Source of the DNA: Octopus vulgaris
Lineage: Eukaryota
Assembly (NCBI GenBank): GCA_951406725.2
Contig: OX597815.1
Span: 102,672,001 to 102,736,000 of the forward strand
Length of the DNA stretch: 64,000 bases
Reading direction: 5' to 3'
Below, piece by piece: positions 13,545 to 26,572 of this stretch (the stretch's first letter is position 1; each line of letters begins with the position of its first letter). A program made the translations under genes and the position numbers. The notes below the pieces were generated by a model. It was not told where the DNA came from. It made no database searches and worked only from the letters and a program-made list of their open reading frames with translations.

Positions 13545-14392
13545 CCAGCCGGTATATGTGTTGTCAGCTAAAAAGTATCCGATAAGAAATCATTCATTCT
13601 CTATGATAGTCGAGCTCAAGAACACAGGGTATCTCCGGCTTCTATTGACTGCGGTCAAGTTTCAGTGAAGTGAATATACCATTTTAAAGGGACTTGGTCT
13701 CTTGGTTAGACTCATCAATATGAGATTGTGAATTTCATTCATAGACCTCATCACCTACTGTGTCCTTGTAAAAAAACACCTCTCTCTCTCCTTTCATCTA
13801 CTGCATTTCCAATATTCCGCTTTTATCAATTGTATGTCTGCTCGTGTTTACATAGACACTTAAAAAAGAATTAGAAAAATACGTTGCACATGTTACCAAG
13901 TCATACGCTCTCGCGGATGACAGTTAGCTGTAAAACATTTTTTAATTAAATGTATCGTTATGAAAAGCGGTTTCAGTGGATTAGAATGACAACATAATAC
14001 AGTATTTAATTAAGACGATATTATAAAAAATCACGAAACACACACATACAGACACATAAAACTGTTGAGTTTGGATGGACAACTGATCTTTTATAATAGT
14101 GGTTGAAATGGGTACATTATAAATATAGTAAATATCTTTTGTTTCCTTGTTGAATAATAAAAAATGCAACGATATCAGAGAACTCTTTAATTGTTGGTTA
14201 CAACTAAGTCGGATATATCAGATATTCTGCATCAATTTTTTTTTATTACACTTTGAGATAAGCTAGTTTCAAGTAGATTATATTCAATTATAAGTAAAGA
14301 TTACGAAAGAGAGGGTAAGAGGGAGAGAAACTGTGTATGATACACACACACACACACACACACAAATATATATGTAAATGGAGAAAGAGAAA

Positions 14393-14437
<45 letters not shown>

Positions 14438-14698
14438 AGCAGGAAGCAAAAAGAGAAAGTGAGAGTTAAATAAAAAATATATCTAAAGCCAGTAAAGAAC
14501 CATAGGAAACAAGTAGCCAGTAAAAAATTGGGCAAATGTGCGAGTGAATGGCTGAAAGGGAACATAATTTAGCAAGAACACATGATAGTGAGAATGAAAA
14601 ATAAGCAACAGCTATAGATACGTACAGAGAGAAAGAGAGGGATTGAGCAATCATACATATATATATATATATATATATACATATATATGAAGTGGGAC

Positions 14699-14737
<39 letters not shown>

Positions 14738-15326
14738 GTCAGACAGAGTGAGAGAAAAAAACAATTACCTGGTGAAACGGAAGATTGTCTCTCAGGAATA
14801 TAAAGTGATGGAGGTTTAAAAACGTATGAGGGAAATTAAGTTGATATCATGCACATCTGACTGGCAATGTAAGGAAATAATGAAAAGATATGCTAAGCCT
14901 TAAAACAAATCCATACTTAAATGTCTTATACAAAGCTGTATCAAAATTGTCTGTCCATTTTAAGTGTAAGTGTCTTGGAAAGATTGAAGACAGTTGGTCA
15001 CCCACTCACAGCAGAACAAAATGAAGTATCCAATAAAAATATATATAAACAGCTGGTTATTTTTAATGAGAAATCTTATTCGGTATCAAATTTCAACGCT
15101 AAATAGATAGTATAAACGTACTACGGGAAGAATATCTGAAACTACGATTCCATACGGAAAAGTTAGCAATCTAATTTAATCAGGTGTTATTTTCAATGCA
15201 TTATTTGTTGTGTCATGATGCATACAACGAAGGATTAACTTAAATCTGGTTAATTAAATTCTTACAATAGGAATACTGCTGTATATTTTTAGCGGTTATA
15301 TACATACACATACATACATACATACA

Positions 15327-15358
<32 letters not shown>

Positions 15359-15419
15359 CATACATGTATACATATATACATATGTATGTATGTATATGCG
15401 AAATGAGTAAACAAAAAAT

Positions 15420-15947
15420 ACTTTAACACATATTTAAAGATCAGTTACAATTGTTTCTGTACAATTCTGCTTTCAACGCCAGTTCACGCAATAGTTCCAA
15501 GTGAAAACATACGCAATACTTGGTACTTCCTCAGATCTGCATAAAAGGTGCGCTGTAAGTGCATCTGCCACACTTTGCGTTTTGCTTACATCGGGAGGAA
15601 ACAAAAAACAAATGTTGAAAATGTAAATAGACTGTGCCAGAGTAGATAAAAGTATGGTGAAGGTATGTGGAAGTAGTATGAGGGGAAGAAGACGAGAAAA
15701 TAAAGAGATGAACGAAAAAAAGAATAGAAGAAGCAAAAGAAAAAGAAGAAACAGGAGTACAGGAATATGAGGATGTCGAACAAGATGGAGAAGAGGGAAA
15801 CGAGGAAAGGAGGAAGACAGAAAAGAATTGGGATTATATTATACTCTTCGTGAAATCCACAGCTGTCGTAAAACCAGAACTTTCTACACCTGAAGAATTT
15901 CGATACTGGAATCCGACAGTGTAGATAGGCCAGAGCTCACGTTGTGT
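15420..15947 (-). mobile_element. Penelope-like pseudo-LTR/3' repeat; partial direct repeat of 16840-17095
   Basis: 15735-15945 aligns with 16870-17095 (AAGAAGAAACAGGAGTACAGGAATATGA...CTGTCGTAAAACCAGAACTTTC...GATAGGCCAGAGCTCACGTTGTGT). Confidence 0.8.
15441..15540 (-). ncRNA. Type I hammerhead-like motif in the PLE repeat
   Basis: GCAGAT-CTGAGGA-A-GTAC...GTAC-A-GAAA-CAATTG-TA-ACTG: intact CUGANGA and GAAA, palindromic stem III and a GUA site; stem I is imperfect. Confidence 0.55.
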
Positions 15948-16181
15948 CTTTGAGGAATACACTTTATTTCACGTTTCTCCAGTCCAATCACCTAGCGAAA
16001 ACGATTGTTACCAGTATTACAAAAGTTGAGCTGTGTCACAATCTGTGTCACGCTGAATCTCCCTGAGAACTAAGTTAAGGGTATACGTGTATGTGGAGTC
16101 CTCAGCACATTAACATCACGAGCAGATTGTTCCGTTGATCGGATTGATTAGAACCCTCGTCGTCGTAAGCGAAGGAGTGCT
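15940..16181 (+). mobile_element. SINE fragment lacking the head
   Basis: Shares ACACTTTATTTCACGTT with the SINEs at 18196 and 27532, and the tail TGTGTCACGCTGAATCTCCC...CACGAGCAG...GTCGT..AAGCGA.GGAGTGC with the SINE at 38334. Confidence 0.8.
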
Positions 16182-16185
16182 TGTG

Positions 16186-16250
<65 letters not shown>

Positions 16251-16809
16251 CATACATGCACACACACGCGCACACATACATACACATATATATGAATATA
16301 GTAGTAACAGAAAAGGAGGAATTTCGATTAGCCCCACGTGGTGAGTTGCAATATATATAATAAATTAGAAAAGGAAAATACACACACTACATAGTTTTAA
16401 TATAATTTTTAATATATCGACCGGTTTCACTTTCGCTATTCATGCTATTAAGGTTTACTTATTTGAATATGTATATTCTTAAGAAGAAATTTTCGTCCAT
16501 GTTGTGTGTGATGATATTTACGAATGAAAGACTTCACAAGTAGAACAATGAGGGGAGACAATAGGTCATCGTTATTATTGTTATTGTTCTGGGCAATGGA
16601 GTTATTTGTTGAGCTTTCGGTAAGGGGAGGGGAATATATATATATATATATACATACAAAAAGTTTCGAAACTCATGTTTAGTGAGGGAATTTAGGTACA
16701 GTGATGTAGTCATGAATTGAAATGTGTAAAAAGATAAAAGTTGGTTATGGTGCATATTAAGACGTATTCTGTATTTTTCGATGTAAAACGTTTCTTTATT
16801 TAAGCGTTC

Positions 16810-18120
16810 TTGTGGAGAAATTGTCTTTGCACTGGTAGAAGAATGAAGAAAAAAAGAAAAAGAAGGAAAAGAGAAAGAAGAAACAGGAGTACAGGAATAT
16901 GAAGATGTCGAAGAAGATGGAGAAGAGGGAGGCGAGGGAAAGAGGAAGAAAGAAAAGAACTGGGCTTACATTATACTCTTCTTGAAAGCCACACAACGCT
17001 TTTACTGTCGTAAAACCAGAACTTTCTTCACCTGAAGAATTTCGATATTAGTCTGGAATCCGACAGTGTAGATAGGCCAGAGCTCACGTTGTGTGGTTTG
17101 GTATTATCTGCACATTTTTCTATATGTTCATAGAGAGAAATTTGCTTGTATTGCGAGAAACGGATTTACTCTTTATGTTGAGTGGTTCTCCGTCTCAAGG
17201 TCATACTCGTCTGTCCAATATAGTTGTGTCCGCAACCCGAACAGGTTATTACGTAAATTAGGTTCTCAGAGGAACAAGTGAAACTAGTTTTAATTGTGAA
17301 CCTCTGATCTTGTTTGAAAAGGAAATCCGAGCCTTCAAGTAAGTTGGAGCAGGTTCCACAGTTTGAGCGTCCACATGTTTTAACTTTTGGTTTCGTGGTT
17401 GCTTTGTAAAGCTTCACATTTGTTAGGAGTCTCTTTAGCGGTTTGTGTTGCTTTTTGTATTTGATGAGTTTGAGCTTTTTCAGGATGTCGTTCATTTTTG
17501 GATCTCTAGGTAGTAAAGGGAGATTTTGCATAATAGTGTTGAATGTCTCACTGTTTCTGGAGTTGTATGTTTGTGACATGAGGTGTGGTGTTTTGTTTTG
17601 TTGTTCTTAGTGTTTTTATGTCTAAATTTTTGGCACGTTTAATTCCCTCCTCTATAAGTGAGGGTGGATATTGTCTTTCAGTAAGCGTCGTTTTGATGTC
17701 TTGAAGACGAAGGTCCCGAGTGGTTCTATCAGACACTATTGTGCAAATCCTTTTTGCCAAATTGAAAGGGATATTTATCTTGATGTGTTTCAGGTGGCAT
17801 GAGCTAAAGAGGAGATATTGTTTTGAGTTAGTTGGTTTATAATAGATGTCAATCCAAAAGTTTGTCGATGTTCTCCTTCCAAATGATAAAGCAGTCATCT
17901 AGGTATCTCTTCCAATTTTCTCTTATATAGAGGTAAAATGGGTAACTATATTTTTGAAGTGATACTTCAAATAAGGTGAATTCAAAATAACCCATTATTA
18001 GGTTCGCAAGAACAGGGGCTGATTTCGTTCCAATCTCAATTCCGCATTTCTTGACGATAGTATGTGTCATCAAGTAGGAAATAATTGTTCTGAAGTATAA
18101 AATTTAAAGATTCAGTAATA
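16810..18120 (-). mobile_element. Penelope-like retroelement, 5'-truncated: RT C-terminus, thumb and GIY-YIG
   Basis: GIEIGTKSAPVLANLIMG and WKRYLDDCF (PLE RT); DIYYKPTNSKQYLLFSSCH (thumb); CGRSNCGTC...NLIYVITCSGCGHNYIGQT (Cys motif plus GIY-YIG). Frameshifted. Confidence 0.93.
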
Positions 18121-18195
18121 AAGATCTGTAAAGATCTGTAAAGTGTGTGTATTTTCCTATTTTAATTTCTGATATATATGTGTGTGTGTGTGTGT

Positions 18196-18540
18196 GAAGG
18201 CGCCTGGCTCAGTGGTTAGAGCGTCGAGCTTACGATCGTGAGGCAGTGACCTCGAATTCCGGACCGGGCTGCGTGTTGTGTTCTTGAGCAAGACACGTTA
18301 TTTCACGTTGCTTCAGTTAACTCAGGTGTAGAAATGAGTTGCGACGTCACGGGTGCCAAGATGTATCGGCCTTTGCCTTTCCCTTGGATTAAACTGGTGG
18401 CGTGGAGAGGTGAGGCCGGTATGCATGGGCGACTGCTGGTTTGCTATAAACCACCTTGCCCAGACTTGTGACTCGGAGGGTAACTTTCTAGGTGCAATCC
18501 CATGGTCAGTGTCGTGACCGAAGTGGGTCCCGACCAACCC
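18196..18540 (+). mobile_element. tRNA-derived SINE, family A
   Basis: Starts GAAGGCGCCTGGCTCAGTGGTTAGAGCG (A box) with a B-box-like TCGAATTCC; aligns over its length with 27532-27872. Confidence 0.9.
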
Positions 18541-18541
18541 G

Positions 18542-18572
<31 letters not shown>

Positions 18573-18609
18573 CGTATATGTATACATACATACATACATA
18601 CATATATAT

Positions 18610-18670
<61 letters not shown>

Positions 18671-18674
<4 letters not shown>

Positions 18675-19260
18675 TGTGAAAACACCCAGTTTGCTGTGTC
18701 GCCAACTATCAGGATTACTAGACATCGATGTTTCCAGTTTTTTGACTCTTGTCAATAGGATGTACCTAAGACAAGCAAGTATCTTTATGTAAATTTCAGT
18801 TGACAACTTTGACCGATTTGCCCTGGTAGATCACCCGATCAAGGAAAATATTTTAACAAACTTAAATTTTGCTTATGCGTAAACACTGCTTGACGAGAAC
18901 ATTTCCTTATTTTCCTCGATCGGACGATCTATCAGCGCAAATCAGTCAAAGTTGTGAACTGAAATTTACATAAAGCTACTGCTTTATAAGTTTGTTCTGA
19001 CTTGCTTGTCTTAGGTACATCCTATTGACAAGAGTCAAAAAATCGAAACATCCATGTCTCGGATTCCTGATAGATGGCGACACTGAACAAATTGGGTGTT
19101 TTTACACATTTCTACCATAAGAAAGATATTTTCTCCACGGTAACTGTGCGGAATTTGCCTTTTAGCAGTTGAAAGATGTAACAGACATATTTCAACTAGC
19201 CTAAATTTTCTTTATGCCTAAACACTGTTTTGCGCAAACATTTCGTTTTATATATATAGA
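18671..19260 (-). mobile_element. Helitron-like 5' fragment folded into an imperfect inverted repeat
   Basis: The minus strand begins A|TCTATATATATAAAACG at 19260. Arms 18671-18850 and 18908-19111 are inverted copies. The spacer 18851-18910 is a diverged direct copy of 19190-19250. Confidence 0.65.
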
Positions 19261-19289
19261 TATATATGTGTGTGTGTGTGCGACTATGA

Positions 19290-19359
<70 letters not shown>

Positions 19360-19394
19360 GTCTATCTGTATGTCTGTCTACCTATCTATATAGG

Positions 19395-19454
<60 letters not shown>

Positions 19455-19538
19455 AAGGTAGATAGTTATACTCGCACGCACGCACACACTGACACACACA
19501 CAAGCACACACATATATACTTATACTTTAACAAGGCAA

Positions 19539-19608
<70 letters not shown>

Positions 19609-20764
19609 GCATATGTATATATATATATATATAAATCTGTTAATTGTAGAGTATGAAATTGACTGGATACATCTATTGTCTGTGACTATATAATGAAGCA
19701 AGTTGGTGTTTTAACCTACCATAAAATGTTCTGAAGTATAGTTCGTTCCATATTTTACAACATACACCCACTCATCCACACACAAACACACACACACACA
19801 CACACACAAACACACACATGCACACGCACACGCGAACACACGCACATACACACACACACACACCTAGTTCTACTCATTGGTCTACTCAGTGGTCTGCGTA
19901 GGAAGAGCTTTAGTAGATTTGATTATCTCTTGTACATATTTAGTGTATTAATAGCTAATTATAGATGCTAAATGGCGGAATTATTTGAATACCAGACCGT
20001 TAGGGACCTTTAAGATCGAGATTCCAATATTACCGAGATCATGTTTTGCGTTGTATCTTTCCGGATTCCAATAAAATAAAATGCCGTTTTACTATGTGGA
20101 TTGAAAGATTGTAAGTGTTCAACATACTTTGTGGTATTTGTTTCGCCCTTCTCTATTCAAAATTCGCATGAGAAACCACTTCTTCGAAACTGTTACGATG
20201 AGTAGCTGTGAATCTTCTATACCAAAGTCTTGTCCAGGCTTGCATGCTGATGCGTAGTTTTCGTGGTGCAAGTCAAACCTCATCGACTGAAATCTAAAGA
20301 TGGGAGGGCGTGAGAAAGGGGGAAATATATTAGTGGTAAAGTGAATGGAGGAAAGGGTGAGAGAAGGAGAGGAGGAGGGAGGAGAAAGGAGAAGAGAGAA
20401 AAAAATAATTGTTTTTATATTGTAAAAAGATCCTGTTTTTTACGGAGGTGTAACTGCGATGCTGTGATGATCTTGCCTTTGCCAACATCAACAATGATAC
20501 ATATGGATATTGAAATTATACCGTCATTCTATTTATAATAGTTAAATGAAAATTGAAACGGAATTGTAATCGAGAAAGTCTATATAAAATCTAAAGTAGA
20601 AATTTTGAAGCACAAATTACTAAATCTGATTTTCCCCAAATGCCAAAACCTATAACACGATATCTCATTTCATTTTAATCACAAGCAACATATCCCTTAT
20701 CCACTGAAGCTACACGTACATACATACATAATACATACATACATACATACATACACACATGCAT

Positions 20765-21890
20765 ACGTGCAGAAGACTAAGCATGGATATGTTGGTAGAA
20801 AGCTCCGAGATGATAGTAACATTAATCATCAAAACAGTCTATCATGGACCGATCGCCGGATTATTACCTGCCACTTTGAAGGGTATACGTTTGCAATCTA
20901 GGAACAGGAAATATCAATCAAATACCTCATGCACAAAAGGGATAGAGATGCAGGAAAAGCAGTAAAATGTGACAACTTATGCAGACTTTGTGGAGTTAAC
21001 ACCGAAGATATCACACACATCATGAGCAGTTGTTCGAAAATGTCATCACGGTATTATGATAATAATGAAATTATTGTATACATTATCTACCAACGAGATA
21101 TGATATTGTAGCTAGGACACTGTAATGAAATTCGTCGGAAGGATAACCCCGAGGACAAAGAAATAAGAACCCACAATATGGTAGAAGCCATAACCACTCA
21201 CAATAAAAAATGGAGTACTGGTTGAACGTCCCAGTGAAGACCTCAATAAAATGTAAGCACAACACGCCTGATAACAAGATTTGGGACAGAGAAGAGAAAC
21301 TGTGTACATTTGTGGATATTAGGTACCCAGCGGATGTTAACATAAAGCTGAATATCAGTGAAGAAGATATCTACGCTGAACTACTGAGAAATCTGCAGTT
21401 ACTCCATCCAGATTACAAGTTCAAGTTTATACCTGTAATTATAGGGGTACTGGGATATGTAACACACTGCCTAAATACCAATCTTGAGAAATTAGGCATC
21501 TCAAAATCAGAAAGAAGAAAGCTAATTCAAAGACTACACATCTAATCCATCATTGGAACTGTAAAATCTGTAAAAGTTTCCAGAAGTTTATCATTTAAAT
21601 ATATATGAGTATGTCTAGATATGAACAATATGCATGAGAATACATACATAAAACAAAACATATAAATCTACACGTATACGTACATACGTACATATGTACA
21701 TACGCACATACATACATACATACATACATACATACATACATACATACATACATACATACATACATTCATATATACAAACGAAAATACCCTGTTTTTGATT
21801 TTGAAATTCCAATGAAGGAGGCTCGGCTCTAGGTTAGAAACCGATTCTTTCCCTGTTGGCAAGACATCTTGAAATAAACTCGATAAGGAC
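20765..21890 (+). mobile_element. Second RLE-type (R4-like) non-LTR retrotransposon, 3' fragment
   Basis: FEGYTFAI*EQEISIKY, CRLCGVNTEDITHIMSSC (CCHC), KHNTPDNKIWDREEKLCTFVDIRYP...KFIPVIIGVLG (RLE domain). The 3' UTR contains (CATA)n. Confidence 0.88.
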
Positions 21891-23129
21891 TTACATACAC
21901 ACATATATACTTATATACTTACATGTGTGGAAAGGTGTGAGGCTATGTGTGGTTTATATTAATTTATTTACGTATGTATGTATACCTGTATGCATACCTT
22001 TGTTTGTATGTGTGTGTGTGTGGATGGGGTGAATGTTAGTATCCCGAGCATAAATTTCTAAAATATCAAGAACCCTTGAACAACGTGTACAATATTGTAT
22101 TTAATAACTATTTCTTTATTAACTTTACAACCTTTAAAATACGTTAGATGTGTTGCAGAAAATTATTTAAGCTATTTTCTGTTAGCATTGTTACTATTAT
22201 ACAGTATTCCTTTCCTTTATGAATGACATACACCGAAGCCTTTTTTCGAATAAGGACGGTTAGGCAATAAATTTGCTAACATATTTTTCAGTCGGTTGTT
22301 CTAAAAGATATGCATTTCATATTACCGTACTCTAATTACAACACACATATATAAAAACACTTGTACACATCTACTCTCACTATTATATACAAAGACAGAT
22401 ACGCGCATGCACATGCACATGCACACTCTGAAAAACGTACATACCTGCGAAACTATAAAAACACATACCCTCACATACACATTGCATTAATAAAACACGT
22501 ACACTGAGCACGAATTATCTTGGGCATTTTTAGAACAAAAAAAGAAAGAAAAGGAAAAGAAACAACAGGCTTCAAACCTAATACTTTACCGACATGCAAT
22601 GCAGTATTTGTCATATTCTCTCTCTCTCTCTCTTGCCCTCTCTACGTCTGTCCGTCTGTTTCTCTCTTTATTTCTGTCTCTGTGTTAGCGTTATAGAAGT
22701 TTCTGGGCAAAAAATAGAGAGATGTTTTATCGGCTGCAGCTTTTCTAAAAGGTTGTCCAAACACAAAAACATAAAAACAGTAAAGTATAAATGTATAGCT
22801 TTGTTTTCAAGAAAGTTCTTTACGAGGAATATAAAAACATATAGTAAAACAAAGCTTTGTTCTTTGACGGCTTTTCTAAAGTGGTTGTCGCGTAAGAAAC
22901 ATCTATGGCCAATAGTGGTAAGATTTTGCGTTCAACATGATCGATTGCCATCGACCTTATATCGATTTTCAGCTCCCAAATGCCTAAAACACATCGTTAT
23001 CAAAACACACGATAATAACTGTACATAAATCACAATAGATTTCCAAAATTCTGACTCGAAGTAAATATTTTTGTTACATTCATGCAAGCACTAACAAGCA
23101 TCAACTAAGGGAAGAAGAAAATAATAAAA

Positions 23130-23213
23130 ATGAACATCATCATCATCATCATCATCATCACCGCCGCCGCCACCACTACCCCCACTCCCACCACCACAAT
23201 CATCATCATCATC

Positions 23214-23250
<37 letters not shown>

Positions 23251-23590
23251 ACTGCAGCAGCAGCAACAACAACAATAACGACGACGGCGACGACGACAAC
23301 GACAAGTACGAAACAATAACAACAGCAACAACAAAAGCAAAAGTAACAGCGACAAGAATTGCAGTAACAACAACGGTAACAATAACGACAACAAAAAGCA
23401 AGAACGGTAGCATCAATAAAAAAAGAACGTCAACATTAGGAATAATAACAGCGATAACAACATTAATAACAAGAACAATGAAAACTCATTACAACACAAG
23501 TAAAGTAAGAATAATAAGAACAGCAACAACAGCAAAAATGCCAAAAGAAACAATAACAATAACTAAAACAAATACTTTCGCTATAATAAG
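23130..23590. repeat. Compound trinucleotide repeat / low-complexity tract (CAT, CAC, GAC, AAC)
   Basis: Seen directly; it accounts for ORFs 23105..23416 and 23130..23627. Confidence 0.9.
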
Positions 23591-23908
23591 TACTCTGCTT
23601 ACTAAATGGGTGGTTCATTTAATATGATGACATATCTCTACCTCCAAGGTAATACGTTCCCGCAGTGGAGTACAAATTGTCGCAAGTATTTCAGCCAGAC
23701 ATCCCATTTGAAAATGATTAAACCCTCATATTCCACCAGCGACGGAAGTCACCAAAAATGTCATATACATATGCAAATATAGAGTTTTCGAGCTAAAATT
23801 AACAGTTGGCAAAAAAAGGATAAATCTAAACTCGTTAAATCTTAAGTGCTAAATTGGTGAATTGGTCCTGAAACTATGTAGATAGAAGAGTTTTTTCTTT
23901 TTAATTAG

Positions 23909-23988
23909 TGTCCGTTCGGCTTTATGCCCGTTCGGCTTTATGCCCGTTCGACATTGTGTCCGTTCGACTTCATGTCCGTTCAGCTTCT
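23909..23988 (+). repeat. 16-bp minisatellite, 5 units
   Basis: TGTCCGTTCGGCTTTA / TGCCCGTTCGGCTTTA / TGCCCGTTCGACATTG / TGTCCGTTCGACTTCA / TGTCCGTTCAGCTTCT. Confidence 0.92.
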
Positions 23989-23994
23989 TGGCTT

Positions 23995-24262
23995 CAGCTT
24001 CTTGTCCTTTGGCAAAAGTGTATTCTGCATCCTGACCGCATACGGTTTACTCAAAGTACCTGCCCCCAGCTTCCATCATGGCCTCACAACGGTTCTTGAA
24101 CTTGGCATATGAGCTTCTCACTGTGTCCCTGATATGATCTTCGAATACCTCCTTCAGCTTGGCCTTTATGTTGCAAGCATAGCGATTGGTGTGTTTCCTA
24201 ACTGCACCTCACACATAGTTATCTTTGGGATTACAATCGAACGAATTAAGAGGCCAGAAACT
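23995..24262 (-). mobile_element. Tc1/mariner-superfamily (maT/DD37D-like) transposase 3' remnant
   Basis: Minus strand reads SFWPLNSFDCNPKDNYV*GAVRKHTNRYACNIKAKL and ends ...EAMMEAGGRYFE*; homologous to the piece at 32300-32905. Confidence 0.72.
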
Positions 24263-25414
24263 GAGAACAAACTATCGTTATATTTAGCCCGAGCAACGTG
24301 TATAATAGGAACACATAATGAGCTTTATACACTTGTTTGTGAATTTATAGCCGTTTCAGATATAATTTTTGGTGCTTTCCTCTTCGATTAAAAACATAGT
24401 GAACGGCTGTTGAGCGCTATCTTCATCAGAGTCCATCAACTCAACTACCAATGGAAAGAAAGAAGAAAAGAGGAGAGAAAGACCAGGAAGGGAGTCGCTA
24501 GTTTCTAGTCATCATTCTTAAGCTAATTTTCTCTCCTGCCGTGTTTGAATACTATTAACATCCAGTATCGAAATTTGAAATCCAGCACCCGAACTAGGTC
24601 CAACGGCCAGCTTTTTGCTATTACTACAATATTTTAAACGCTATGCCAAGGAAGATCTTTGCGATGGGTGAATAGTATAAATGTTCAGTATAGAACTTTG
24701 ATACAACTTAGATAGGATCAGTGGTTGGCTTTTTGTGATCAATATTATATATTGCACACTACGTTAGGGAAATTATTTGAATATATAGAAACCGTACGTA
24801 ACTGGGGCATTTCCAATGATTTTAAATATGTAGCATCAAAATCTATCTAATTCGTCACAGAAATTCTTATAAGTACAGGATATATAACAATAATGGTTGG
24901 AAATAGTAGTCAAAAATATAATGTCACAGTAGAACTAAGACGGCATAAGCTCTAGAATATATGACTAGGTTCATGGCACATTTGAAATGGTTTGGTAAGC
25001 TATGATTCATAAAGAAGGTGGCTTCGTAAATTACACAGGATATAAGTGAAGCAGATAAGTAAAATAAAACGAAATAAATATAAGACCAATGCAGCACGAA
25101 ACAACAGGAGTAAAATACAATGAAAATAAAGGAACAAAGTAGGAAAATGGGAGAATAAAAAATAATAAAATTGGAATACTCTTGTCATTCGAAAATAAAT
25201 AAATAAATAAATAAAAACAGATGTGACAGAAGATTTTATGTGATTCGAGTAACTAAGGACACTGAGAATTGTGATTTCATTTAAGTATGTATCTTTCCTA
25301 ATCTATTGGACCAAGAAGAATTGTGGGTGTTATAAGGTATCCAATTTCGCACATGATTAATCATCGACGGAATAATCTAAAGGTTTTGCTGTTAATATGT
25401 TTAGATAGACAGAC

Positions 25415-25481
<67 letters not shown>

Positions 25482-25809
25482 GAGTGAGAAAGAGAGGGGG
25501 TAAACAGATGAGGTCCAGAGATTCTTAATACAGAAAAAAAAAAACTTACTTGTGCTCAAATGATTTGAACTTACACTCCGAAAACTTTACTGAGGACCAA
25601 TTGCACAGGGTAAAGAGTGTCCGAAGGCGGAGGCCGAATCAAGACTATTTATTTACTTCCATTACTGGTAGCATATTTTTGTGAACATATACCAACATTT
25701 TGAAATAACTCTGTGCCCTTAGAAACTGCAGTGGAATTTGTAACATCATACACCCTTAAATTTTCTGTGTCTTTGTGCTCTGTGTACGTTTACTCTCTTA
25801 ATATACAAA

Positions 25810-25892
<83 letters not shown>

Positions 25893-25944
25893 AATTGAAT
25901 AATCATATTCTGAAAATATTGAAGGGTTATTAGTAGAACAGATC

Positions 25945-26296
25945 GACCTCAGGACTAATGGTTTTTGAGTATAGGATATATTCTATCGGTTCTTTTCAAC
26001 GAACTGCTAAGTTACGGTAACGTAAACACACCAACACTGATTGTCAAGCGGTGATGGAGGGGACAAACACAGATACAAGTACACACACCTACAAACGCAT
26101 GTATATATATATGTGTGTGTGTGTATTTGTGTTGAACGAGCTTCTTTACGTTTCTGGCTACCAAATCCACTAACAAGGGTTTGGTCATCCCGAGGCATTA
26201 GTAGAAGACAGTTGCCCATGGTTCCACGAAGTGAGACTTAACCGTGGCACCATATGAGTGGTTGGGAGGCAAGCTTCTTACCGTACAGCCACGCAT
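25945..26296 (-). mobile_element. SINE, family D (partial)
   Basis: Head GCGTGGCTGTACGGTAAGAAGCTTGCCTCCCAACCAC; the body aligns with 53801-54170. Confidence 0.82.
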
Positions 26297-26297
26297 A

Positions 26298-26346
<49 letters not shown>

Positions 26347-26572
26347 GCATGCATGCTGACATACATACATACATACACAAATATTTATGCACGGGCACAC
26401 GCGCACATACACAGAGAGAGGCACACACTGCGTGTGTGTCTTTCGTTCTAGAACAAGATTTTCAATTTCAAATTCAGTCTATAACCACGTACATTTATGA
26501 ATAATGCACTCTACGAGTATCATAAATGGGAGCGCTTGAAACACAGTGTACATCTGAATATTAAAGGTAACA

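Noticed and set aside
21803-21852. CCAATGAAGG...GAAACCGATTC as a hammerhead
   Set aside because: The core has two mismatches, and the segment folds more simply as a LINE-type 3' stem-loop (GAAGGAG/TTCTTTC).
22594-23028. 144-aa plus-strand ORF
   Set aside because: It starts in a CT-rich tract and shows no recognisable domain or splice support.
23909-23988. Short regular repeat resembling a CRISPR or iteron array
   Set aside because: Units are contiguous with no unique spacers, there are no cas genes, and the context is eukaryotic.
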